64,000 nt of DNA from Azolla caroliniana. Its lineage: Eukaryota > Plantae > Polypodiophyta. The DNA lies in contig JBHGNT010000017.1 in assembly GCA_043228905.1 (NCBI GenBank), positions 9,982,001 to 10,046,000 of the forward strand. The letters are read 5' to 3'. This document shows positions 24,503 to 35,862 of this stretch, piece by piece (the first letter of the stretch is position 1; every line of letters begins with the position of its first letter). The notes beneath the pieces are model-generated. The model saw only the letters and a list, made by a program, of their open reading frames with translations, was not told where the DNA came from and did not search any database. The position numbers and the translations under genes were made by a program.

Positions 24503-26767
24503 GAAGCCATTTCTAGGGAGATGTTAGATCATCTCCCATGATTTTTGCATCACCTTTTTCCTCATCCTCGACATTGTATATTCTAAGAAGCTTAATGGAC
24601 ATATTATGCAAGGTCATGTTTGTAGTATGCAAAAATAAGCCAGTCTACAAACAATGGCATGTTCACACAACAACTTGTACATGCTTCTTTGTCTATCAAA
24701 ATATCTCCATGGCTTCGAGAGTTTTCTAGTTTAGGGTATACTTATATTTAGAAGTCTATTTTGGATGACATGTTGAAGAAATCAGTTTGGAATTTCCATA
24801 CATTGTATAATTACGGCTCAGCAAATTGTAACATTATGATTATCATTGTGTGTATAACCTAAAAGGGTATTGATTGATGGATACATCATAAAAGATGTTG
24901 GAAGTTATAGCCTCGAGAGAAGAAGCATGGATGGCAATGCCATATGAACAAAAGCCCCTCATGTTCAAGTACTTTTATATTGATGAGTAGTTTGAACTCC
25001 TATCTTCCTTAATAATGATCCCCACCCTTACGTAGTAGTGTATTTATTGTGATATGCTGTTCTAATCGTGCCAATGTAGCGTTAAATGGGATACAAGTCA
25101 TTTTTTGATCGATTTCTTCCATTTGTATCCTTTTGCCCACAGTCCACTCATTGTTGAAAGTTATGATAATGGCGGGGTATCTTTGTTTGTTGGGCTCTCT
25201 GCTTGCTTCCTTGATGCTCTGTTCTTACGTAGTGTTTATTTACTTGAGAAATCAGTCATGAGTTTCTAACATTGTACATGTTGTCTTTCAAGATTCCTCG
25301 TAGTATTCCGAAAAGTAACAAAAACATCAATCGAATTAAAAATTGGCTAAACACGCATCAAAGGCTGATTGTGATTTGTTTGGAATCAAGAGTTGTTTAA
25401 ACTAGATAAAATAGCATGCCCAGCGTTAACTAGTTAACTAGTTGATTGGGTTATGTAGTTCATTCGTGTTTTTATTTCATAGTAACTTCAGTAGGGTTTA
25501 AGACATGGGAGGCTAATTAAACTTGGTTTATTAGTTTTTAGTCAATTCCATCATTAGCTTTTATTTGTAAGCATTATATTCCTCTAGTAGTGTTCCAAAC
25601 AACTTCATAATGGAACATGCCACTTGATATATATATATAGAGAGAGTCTAGACAAACACGTGCCTTTCGTTTGCCATTGCATAGTTGATTGTGTTGCTTT
25701 TCATTTGTCGATTGAAAAAGTAGAATAGATGTCATATAGATAATTTTTTTTGGAGCACTATATGTGAGAGAGGCATGCTTTAGAAAAAGAAGTCGAAATT
25801 TCAAGAACATTTTTCTACAACTCTCTTGGAGCACTAAATGTGAGCTAAGGAGTTGCAAATGTGTACACATAGGCCAACTAGGTTATAATTTAGGGGTTGT
25901 ATTAAATATTATATCTTTCATTCCGTATTTGTAAACTTCTACTATTTTGGATTTCACTTTCCTCTTTAGTATTTCTAGTGGGAGAAATGATAACCCTCCA
26001 AAAGAAAGCAAGGTTTTACTAGTGAAACATTATGTTGGCACAACCTTTTCTAGGTGACCAAAAAAGTGAAAATAAAGAAATGGTTAGTAGCATAAATAAC
26101 TTTGTCAAAAATGTGTTGTTTTCATAGGCTTGAACTTGTTTAAAAAGGATTGCATAGAATAGCCCATGTGACTCTCTTTATTTATGTTTGACAAATACTT
26201 TATGAAATTTTGAAAAAAGGTTTTCCAAATTAGGAATCCCAAATCTTATGAACTAAGAAGGTTTAGAACTAATAAGCTTCCATCCCATCTCTTAGGTGCT
26301 CTGTAATTTAAGCGATGGAACTAGCGCTAAACTTTACACAACATTGATATTATGGGACACCATAAGAAATGAGTAAACAAAATAATGTGATAATGTAGAA
26401 AGTTCAGTGATGAAAAACATCATGCCTGAAGCACTTGAACTTCGTGTCTTACTCTACAATGTAAGCCCTTTAGATACTTGTGTCCTACTTGTTGAGACAT
26501 TTGAACATGGGGTTTCACACATTTATTGAACACTTCTTACATGAGATGCCTCAAAAACATATTCTACCAAGGATAAAAATTTTGTACTATAATTCCATTA
26601 CTTTCGAACTCCCTATTGATTTGACTCCTTGCGTTCATATATGTGAATGATGTAATTGATCATACTATGCATCAATTCCCACATTCACTCTTATATGTTT
26701 TTCTCTAGTTTGTATAGTTTGCATTGAAGAGGTATATTATATGCATAACATTAAGTAGGTATGGACA

Positions 26768-27520
26768 CGGTTTGGTTTGGTTTCATGCCTTTGAAACCAA
26801 AGTGAACCAAATCGAACCATTAATACATAAGAAAAACCAAACCAAACCATCTAAGAGCTACCAAGTGATTTAAACCAAACCATTTAAACCCGAACCAATT
26901 AAGTCAAACTTTAAGGGAAAGGTAAAACGAAACTGTTCAAACTATATCATTAAAGGAAAAGTTATTAAAGTCAAACATAAATTAAAGGATAAGGTAGAAA
27001 CCTCAACTAAGGGTAAGGATAATCTTGTTTGTGATGTAGATCTGAATATCAATGAGAATGGCGGTAATGAAACTAGAATCATAGAGAGAAAGTTTGTAGA
27101 CTATTTCAATATTTTGACCAAGCACATCAAGTATGAAGACAAGAAGGTATGTGGAGACTCTAAGTGATGTCATATACATTGGGGATAATTTCGTTGTAAA
27201 TGCAGAAGAAGGAAATTCAGAGGGTGTTGATTTCTACTTATTGAAGTGCACAATGTGTAAGCAAAATATTGTAGATGCTTGGGGAAATTTTGTATCTCCT
27301 AGGACATTCTACATCGAAGGTATTCTTTATGCAATACTGGATGAATACGATTTATGTGTACATACATGCTTTTAAAAGACAAACCAGTAGCCTAGATGTA
27401 CTCCCATTCGGTCAGGTGCATCAAAGTATCGATGTCGCAATACAAGAACTGCATAAATTTATACACAATTAGTGCTAATGTGTATGAATGTATTTACAAC
27501 ACTATGCCATTGAATTTGTA
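26768..27520 (+). mobile_element. DNA-transposon-like relic: AAACC/GGTTT motif cluster plus ORF fragment
   Basis: Motif cluster 26768-26900; fragment GDNFVVNAEEGNSEGVDFYLLKC at 27133-27375; family not assignable. Confidence 0.3.
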
Positions 27521-29255
27521 GCTCACGTGAGATCTTGCAAAATGGACAAACCAGTTGTATTGCAAAATCCTTCTTTAATAATATTATCATTGGAATTGTG
27601 TTTGTTTATTTAGTATTCTTTCTGTTCTTGTTACGTATCTTGAGCATGTAAAGAATCTACTCTCACTGGAATTGTGTTTGTTTATCGTTGGAATTGTGTT
27701 TGGGCAAGACTCTTACTCTCAGCCACATTGCCAAATATATCCTCATTCGTTGCAACGTCATCTCGACCAGACACATCATGCATGTGAGTTATGAACATTA
27801 TGAACACAAAATATTCCGCAACAAAAATACATTGTTATCTCAATATTCATCATAGAGTTCCATGATTACATGATGGGGATCAAGCAACAAACAATAATGG
27901 TTTTACTTGTCCAAACATAACTTATACATTAATTTTTGCAAGGAAAAATAGTTGCATATCTATTCCACTAAACATTGTGTCCCTAGCCCCTCGACCGAGT
28001 AACTGGTCTTGTCCTTGATCGAGCCCACATCTTCAGCCTTTTTCTAGATGGTTGCCCATTTTGCCTCAAGTGCTTCTTTCACCCATTAAGTGTGTCCTCC
28101 TCCGACAACCTATCCATCGCCTCCTCCGATCACGCGTCACCAACTTCTTGAGCTAACGGTTCAAGAAGAATGGGATTTGTTGTGACACCATCAGGTTTTG
28201 GGCTCAGTGGGGTTGATTTAAGGTTTTGGGACTCGAAGAATTGTTGTATCAAGTGTTCAAAAACACTGTTATTATGCACCTCAAATTTACATGTTGGGAC
28301 TATTTCATTATTCTTCATAGACATGCCCAATTAACTACAATCTTCCACAAGAATAGGGTGACGCTGAACTGAAGGAGATATTTGGGCAGGTCTCTTACTC
28401 TCAGCCACATTGCCAAATATATCCTCATCCATTGTGTTAAGAATTAGGTAATTAACTATGGGTTAATTGGTACCTAATTATGTGATTAAGCAACGAAAGA
28501 TTATGTGATGTGTGTGTGTATGTATGTGAGAGTGAGAGGGAGAGAGAAAGAACACTTATGAATAACGAGGCAAGATGGGTGATGATTAACTATATTAAAA
28601 AGCATCATCAAATACAAAAATACCCACAATGAGGTATATATAGATCTCATGTGCAAAGGTGCACATGTGTGAGTAGAATATAGGTACAAACCTATAAGTC
28701 CTATAAATGAACATGGGAGTGGAGGATCTACAATGTATTTCACTCAAGCTCAAAATCCTACTTAAGGCTTTGTTACCGATTAGGAAGACGGTCTTCGGTC
28801 AGTCCTTCGACCTAGACCTCCAAGTGATTGTGGAACAACGAATGGGGCGTCTATGCGTAATGCGTAGGGGAATGCTCCCCGTAACCTATCAGCGTATAAG
28901 GGGGACGGCTACAACCGACTCCTTAGCAATGGTTACACTTACGTTCTTAGACACTCAGATATTCTAGACACACAGTAAATTAGCCGTAGCTATACGCAGA
29001 CTTTCAGAGAAGATAGAATTCTATTACGATACGCTTCTTTACATTCCAAAAATACACGCTCCCTCTATCAGAGGTTTTTTGCCCTTTATATACGCAGGGT
29101 CTATTTAGCTGTTCACGCTTCTTGCGTGAACTGTTACATGCGTTATGATCTTATATTATTTCCTATTCCTACGATCTTGTCCGTCGGTTACTATTCCGGC
29201 GGACAACACCTGGCACGCCTGTGGGACAGTGCCCTAGCACGCCGGACCCATCCAG

Positions 29256-32154
29256 TTAATCTTCTTCCAAAATGGCCCGGATGTTTGGCTCTGCTACGGT
29301 GTCCGCGTCTGGAGGTGACGTAGGGCCCGTAGGTGCATCGTGGTCTGGCTCCCCTGTTTGGTCGGAATGGTTTCTCCTGGTGTTGCAGGTGTCGTGTGGG
29401 GGCAGTCTGGGTTCGGTGGGCTCTTGTTGAGCTGGCGGGTTGGGCTCCGCCGTCGTCGTGCTTGCGGTCGACCGCGGCTCTGTCTCAATCGTTACTTCCT
29501 CCATGGTGTCGGCTGTCTTTGTACGTTCCGGGGAGTGGGGTTGCGATTCCGCCTGGCCCGCACCGTTCTCCGTGTGGTCCGATGATAGCGTGGGCTCCTG
29601 CGGATGGAGCTCCTCTTGGGCAGCGGTTTCGCTGTTTGGTACTGTGGGGGACTCCGCTCGTCGGTCCGCGCTGTTTACCGTCGTTGTAATTTCTGGTGAT
29701 CTGGCATGAGGTTCCTCTTCTTCGACCGTGCCCGGAATTGGCGTCGCGCTGGATTCCTCATTTGTTCGCGTGTTGCCGGCTTGTGTGATCTGGTGAAATA
29801 GCTCCTCCTAGCTTTCACCAAAATCATCCAAGAGTTGCGCGAGTTCTTCGAAATGTTGGTCCGCTAGCGCATGATAGTCTTGCGCTAGGTCCTCGCGTAC
29901 AGCCGCAATGCTCTCCTCATTTAGTTTATTGAAACCTCGACTGCCCTTTTGCCGGTTCTCCCAGTCCGCACGATACGTGTGCAATTCCGTTGCTTGGGTT
30001 GCCCACGCCATCCATCCTTTGTCCAACGCCGTTTTCAATTGCGCTGTGAACCTCTCCCGATTTGTTTGGGGAAGGATACGCACGTTGTCTGTGATGGCCT
30101 GGCAACGGTTGCATGCGTCCTCCATCGACTTCTGGAGGTTTGCAATTTCTTGCTGCCTAACCGCCACCGCTTCTTCGTATGTGGCCTTCAGGCCCGCCCA
30201 TAGCTAGGATTCCTTTGCGTGTTGTTCTTCTAATTTCCCCATTTCATTGTTTAGGCGGATTTCGAGCTGATGCCTTCTTTCCTGTTCGACCACCAGCTGC
30301 TCATCGAACCATACCTTCCTTTTCTCTAATAAGGCCTGGAGTCCCGCAATTGCCGCCTCCGATTTCTTCGCCTCATCCCATTATTGGGCGTTTTCGTCTT
30401 TTGTCCAGATGTGCTGAGCTACCTCCGTAACGAGTTTCTCTTCAAGGGTTTTTACTGCCTTCTGGCCGTTAGCCCAGATCTCCTTTTCTTTGTCTGAGGA
30501 TTGGCGCAGTTCAGCTCGAAGGCGGTCAATTTATGATTCCCCTAGCTGCACGACCCTTTTCTTCCTTCAAAGCGTCGATGGCGTAGTTTGGTGGCAGGGT
30601 TGCGTGTTGCGCCGTAGTCACGTTAGCTTCCAACTCCGCGATACGTTCGTTGGCTTTTTGCAGCTCGGCTTGGGTCATTTTCACCTTCTTCCAGACATTC
30701 TTATTTTTAATGGCCATCTCCTTGGTGCTCGTGCTGACTTTTGCCAGTTACCTATGGACTTCGACTAGGGCTGTGTTTAGTGGGGGTAGCTCCATCCCCA
30801 CTCGGCGTACCCCGGCATTCCTCTGTCTACCAACCCTGGCTAGCCAGTCCTCATCGTCGCTCTCCGCCGTTTGTGTTAGGGCGCGCTCGATCACCTGGCG
30901 CTCCGCGTGCTCCTCATCCATTCGTTGGAAGGCTTTTATCTGTTGTGTTGCCATGAATTCCATGAGCTCAAAAGAGGTTCCGAACTGTAAGAGGGCGCTG
31001 AACTCATGGGCCGTATCCGGGATATCTGGATATGCCAAAACCTCGCTTTCTGCCGTCAATATGGCTTTCCCTCGTTGGGACTGGGTCAATACGGCTTTCC
31101 CTCTGTAGCTGCGGAGCCATCGCCTTTGGTCGTTGTCTCTGCCGCCGTAGGAATGTCTTTGACCAATCCTCGCCCATCTTTCCTGTCCAATCTACGCTGT
31201 TTCGGTCTAGGGCTAACCTACCGTGTTTCGGTGTCTGGCTATGGGGCTGCTTCCACGGAACGTGCCAGCCGTTCCTCCTGCGTTGTCCGTGTGTCTGGTT
31301 GGGCAGGTTGGGGTTCCTCTTCCCACTCTAGGCTGCTATAACTCCGCTAACCTGCGCTTCGCGGATTGAGGCGGGGGCGTGGGTCGGCTGGGCTGCGGTG
31401 CAGGCAGGCCTCGGGATGGGAATAGTACCGTAAGGTACTGTTGTATGATCGGCCAAAGCTTTTTTCCGGCCTGATACGCATGCAGACCTTCCCTTAACGC
31501 TGGCCCTGTGATGACCCCCCAATCGACCGCACGCCCTTCAAAGGTATCGATAATGATGCCCGCCTTCTGTTTGGGCATCCCATATGCGTTGACATGTACG
31601 CAACTGACCTCTAACAGGAACTTGGCAACTTCACGGAAGAAGGGATCCGGGATCTGCTTCGTTCTATAGGCCTTGGCGGAGGAGGAATAGGGCCTGAAAT
31701 ATCGCTGCAGCGCCTCTGCAGGAGGGATTTCGAAATGCCTTTCGCCTAGAGATGACAAGTCCAACTTTTTCCAGATGGAAGAGTTGGTGACCGTGTCGAT
31801 GTTAAGCTTCCTGGCGATGTCTATGGCATCCGAGTGTGGGGGTGCCTCTGCGACCCGGATGTACCCATCCAAGCGTTTCTCCATGAGCCATCGGCGTAAG
31901 GCAGTAGAGATGAAGATCGGCATCGCTAGAGTAGGTTCGTGGGAAGGAGACTGGTGGTTGCGGTGGGCTGGAGCTCTGTGATAGGATGGAGGAGAAGGCG
32001 AGGGGGAGGAGCGATGGGAGCACTGATAGTTAGAGGGTGGGTTTCTGTTTTGTGCAGAAGATCTTCTATTTCCTTCTTTTTGTGGCTTAGGGTTCATTGG
32101 GCGGTGAGCCATCGTGGTGCCGCGTGTTCTTGAACTAGGAGTCTGTGCATGCAT
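29256..32154 (-). pseudogene. Accessory ORF region between integrase and 3' LTR (sense orientation)
   Basis: ORF pieces 31336-32154, 30748-31089, 30526-30717, 29808-30167 and 29256-29504; globular part (..GRAVDWG..) then coiled-coil-like and Pro/Thr-rich parts. Confidence 0.6.
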
Positions 32155-32299
32155 TTAGTCCTTTTAATAGTGTCGCTATCTTCTCTCTCTCTCTCTCTCT
32201 CTCTTTTTTCGTAATGGTTATATACAACCTATTTTTACATTATGGTACAAGTGGGGCCGCCCATTTATGCCGCGGGTTCTCCGGCTCTGTCTTGTTTGG

Positions 32300-34953
32300 C
32301 GGTGAATGGGTTAGGTGGCGTATATCCCAGGTAAGGTTTAAGGCGAAACCCATTCACCTTTTGCCGTACTACTTCCCGGCCAGCGTACCTAGTTGGAACG
32401 TGCCTTGCTCCGCTCCAATTATCCAGTATGGGCCGGTCTAGTGGAATCGTAACTTCCCTGGCATATGGCCCATGCGGGTTTGGAAAACCAGCACCGCTCG
32501 ACCGACGGCGAACTCCTTTTCCCTTGCGTTCCGATGTCGATCCACAAACGCTTTACGCTGTCGCTGTTCCTGCTCCAACACAGCCATGCTGTGTACTGTT
32601 GTTCCTCGAGTTCGAGTAGCTGGTGGAGCCATAGCTCCTCCGACTGGGCTTCCGAAAGTCGGTCCCATACCTGAATCCGCAAACTGGGTACCTGAAATTC
32701 GACCGGCATCACAGCCTCCAGCCCAAACGCTAGTCGAAACGGTGTTGACTGTATGCTTGTTTTGTAGCTGGTTCTGTACGCCCATAACACACTCTGTAAT
32801 TTGGTATCCCAGTCCGTTCTATTTTCATTGACGATTTTCTTCAAGATGGTCTGCAACGTCTTGTTAGTGGATTCCGCTAACCCATTCGCCTGTGGATAAT
32901 ATGGCGTACTCTTCTTATGGACTACAGCGTAATGATGTGTTAGTTCCCGAACCACCGGATTGAGAAAGTGACTCCCCTGGTCATTGATGAGCTCAATCGG
33001 GCAGCCGAACTAGCACCAGATGTGCTCGTAAAGGAATCTGGTTGTGACGGCCGCCGTATTTTCTCGTAGTGCCTTTGCTTCTACCCACTTGGTGCAATAA
33101 TCCGTAGCTACCAATATGTATTTATTGCCCGTACGGGCTGCCGCCGGTGTGAAGGGGCCCACAAAATCCAATCCCCACTTTTGGAAGGGGTCTAGCGGCA
33201 ATATGGGCCCATCCGTTGACACAAATCACACTTTCTACAATACTCGGATGCGTCCTTCTGCGTTGTTGGCCACCATAAGCCCGCTTGCCATATTTTCTGG
33301 GTTGTAACGTCGCCCGCGTAATGGCCGCCTGCCGTGCCGCAGTGCGCCTCCGTAAAATTGCTTCTTTCTCATCCTAACGTACCCCACGTCGCCAAATGCC
33401 GTCACTTCCTTTGTGAGATATAAAACTCCTTCTACGAGGCAGAAGTGACGGCTTCGGACGACTAGTCATTTCTTCTCATCCGTGCGTAATTGCGGTGGAG
33501 GCAGTCCCGTAGTCAAAAAGTATGTCATTTCCATAAGCTACCGGTCCGGAAAGGTCGATTCCGTTCTTTCTGCTAGTACTGCTACCCGCAGGATGTCGGC
33601 ATCCAATAAATCGTCGTCATCTTTCTATATTGTTTCTCCATTCTCGAGTTTGCTCAAAAAATCTGCCACTGCGTGTTGCGTCCCTGGTCGGTGCTTGATT
33701 ACGAAATCGAATTCTTGAAGCAGCAACATCCATCGCGCCAATTTCCTCGTCAGGGCTTGTTTCTCCACCAAATACAACACTGCCGAATGATCCACGTGGA
33801 ACGTGAACTTCCTCCCTAGTAAATAGTGCCGGAATTTATTGATGCTATAGATCATCCCTAGCGCCTCCCGCTTCGTTGTGGTATAATTACGCTCTGCTGT
33901 TGATAATTTGCGACTAGCATAGTACACTGGCCGGTACCAGTTTGGTTCGGTGAGCTGCATTAGCGCACTCCCTATTGCTATGTCCGAGGCGTCGACCAAT
34001 ACGTGGAATGGCTTCGCCCAAACTGGTGGTTGTACGACGGGAGCCTGTGTGAGCATTATCTTAAGTGCCTCATAGGCCTTGTCCTCCGTTGCGGTCCATT
34101 GGAAGGGAGTCTGATGTACGACAGCATGTAACAGCATGGCGAAGTCCGCCAAATATCGTATCATCCGACTATGCCACTATATTTGTCCTAAAAACTGACC
34201 AAGTGATTTTGCGTTTGTCGGAGTTTTGGCTTGCGTAATCGCAGAGATCTTGTTCGGATCGACCGCTATTCCCTCCTTGCTGACTATGTGGCCCAGGAGA
34301 GTCCCGCTGGTCACGCCAAAAGCATATTTCGCGGGATTCAGGCTTAAGCATGTGGTGCGACAACGTTCCAGGCACAGTTGCATGTGCGTAAAATGGTCTA
34401 TTGTTCTCCCATATATTGCAAAGTCGTCTAAGAAAACTTGCATGAACGCTGGAATGTATTCCCCAAAGATCTCCGTAATTGTCCGTTGAAATGTTGCCGG
34501 CGCCATCTTTAGCCCGAACATCATGACGACTGCCACATAGACTCCCCAGTCCGTGACAAATGCCGTCTTTTCTTGGTCCTTAGGATGCATGTGTACCTGG
34601 TTATACCCATTGAAGCCATCTAAAAAACTGTACATCCCATGTCTTGCGACGACGTCTAGTACGCTATCGGTGAAGGGTAAAGGGAATGCGTCCGTAATGG
34701 TTACAACGTTTAATTTTCGGTAATCCACGCATACCCATATTTTGCCGTTTTTCTTTGGAACGACCACTATCGGGCTTAACCATGTGGCTTGTTTAACGGG
34801 CCGTATGAACCCTGCCTTCAGGAGTTTGTCAATTTCTTCTTTTACGCGGGTCGCGTAGTTCGGGTTCATGCGGTAACGGCGCTGCTGGACAGGTTTTGTG
34901 TCGGTTGCTAAATTGATCTTATGCTGATAGAACTTGGGATCTAACCCCTTCAT
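32300..34953 (-). pseudogene. Gypsy pol (RT, RNaseH, integrase)
   Basis: PVQQRRYRMNP..WLSPIVVVPKKNG..VDYRKLN..FLDDF; VDASDIAIG..YYASRKL..ERNY; WGLDFVGP; YYPQANGLAESTNK. Confidence 0.92.
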
Positions 34954-34954
34954 G

Positions 34955-35541
34955 AAATATTATGGATGAAGGACTTCATCGGAGAGCTCGGTATCCGACA
35001 AGATGAATACAGACTCTATTGCGACAGTCAAAGTGCCATCCATCTTGCTAAGAATGCGGCCTACCATTCCCGGACGAAGCATATCCAACGAAGATATCAC
35101 TGGATCCGGGAAAGAGTAGATGACCAGGAGTTCGCACTGACGAAGATCCACACGGTCGAGAACGGGTCAGATATGCTGACCAAAGTGCTGATACCCAACA
35201 AGCTGGATGCATGCCGGAAGAGGATCGGATTAGTAAGACACCCCATGCCGGAGTGAAGGGGGAGTTTGTTGGGAGACAGGTCCCTCCGGATGGGAAGGGA
35301 GAAGAACAATACTGAAACCGGATGAGGAGTACCCGGCTACGGAGAGCCGGATGGTGCAAACCCGGTGAGGAGTGCTCACTGGATGAAGAGACATATTCGT
35401 AAATATGTTTCTGAGAGTCCATCATGGCTATATTTGTAAATAGCCGAAAAGTCATATTAGTATAAATATGACTTAGGGCAAACTTTTAGAAGTAGTTGTT
35501 ATTCTTGTTGATGCAAGAAGAGAGAGAGCGTGTAACCGTGT

Positions 35542-35593
<52 letters not shown>

Positions 35594-35862
35594 GTCGTTG
35601 CCTCTGTTGAAACCGTCGCCTGTGGCGAAGATCGTGAGCACGAGGTCGTTGCCTCCGTGAACTCACCGTTGTACATTCTAACATAGTGATAGTTTGCAGC
35701 CTGTGGGCTGTCGTGGTTTTTCCCTAGTTTGGGGTTTTCCACGTAAACATCCTGTGTACTCTTCTCTTCTTTGTGTCATGCATTTATCTCCCGTTTTCTG
35801 TGTATGATTCTAAGCTTGGTTGAGGCCGAGCGTTGCGTATACGGAGCGTGCAGTTCCTGTCA
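34955..35862 (+). mobile_element. Copia family B 3' fragment: RNaseH end, PPT and LTR (35267-35862)
   Basis: YCDSQSAIHLAKN..RTKHIQRRYHWIRE; PPT gtgaagggggagtt; LTR matches the 53862-54429 solo LTR in reverse. Confidence 0.88.

Larger units (their letters stand above)
28771..34953 (-). mobile_element. Non-chromovirus Gypsy (Phygy/Selgy/Tat-like), 5'-truncated
   Basis: LTR 28771-29208 (tgtt..aaca; TATA on minus ~29085-29092); RT-RNaseH-INT on minus; breaks at ~34953 into a Copia fragment. Confidence 0.85.

Noticed and set aside
27700-28432. ~50-bp direct repeat (~27701-27750 and ~28384-28432) as LTRs
   Set aside because: Too short, with no TG..CA ends, PBS or PPT.
28433-28770. Possible additional truncated LTR
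   Set aside because: No second copy, PBS or PPT in the window.
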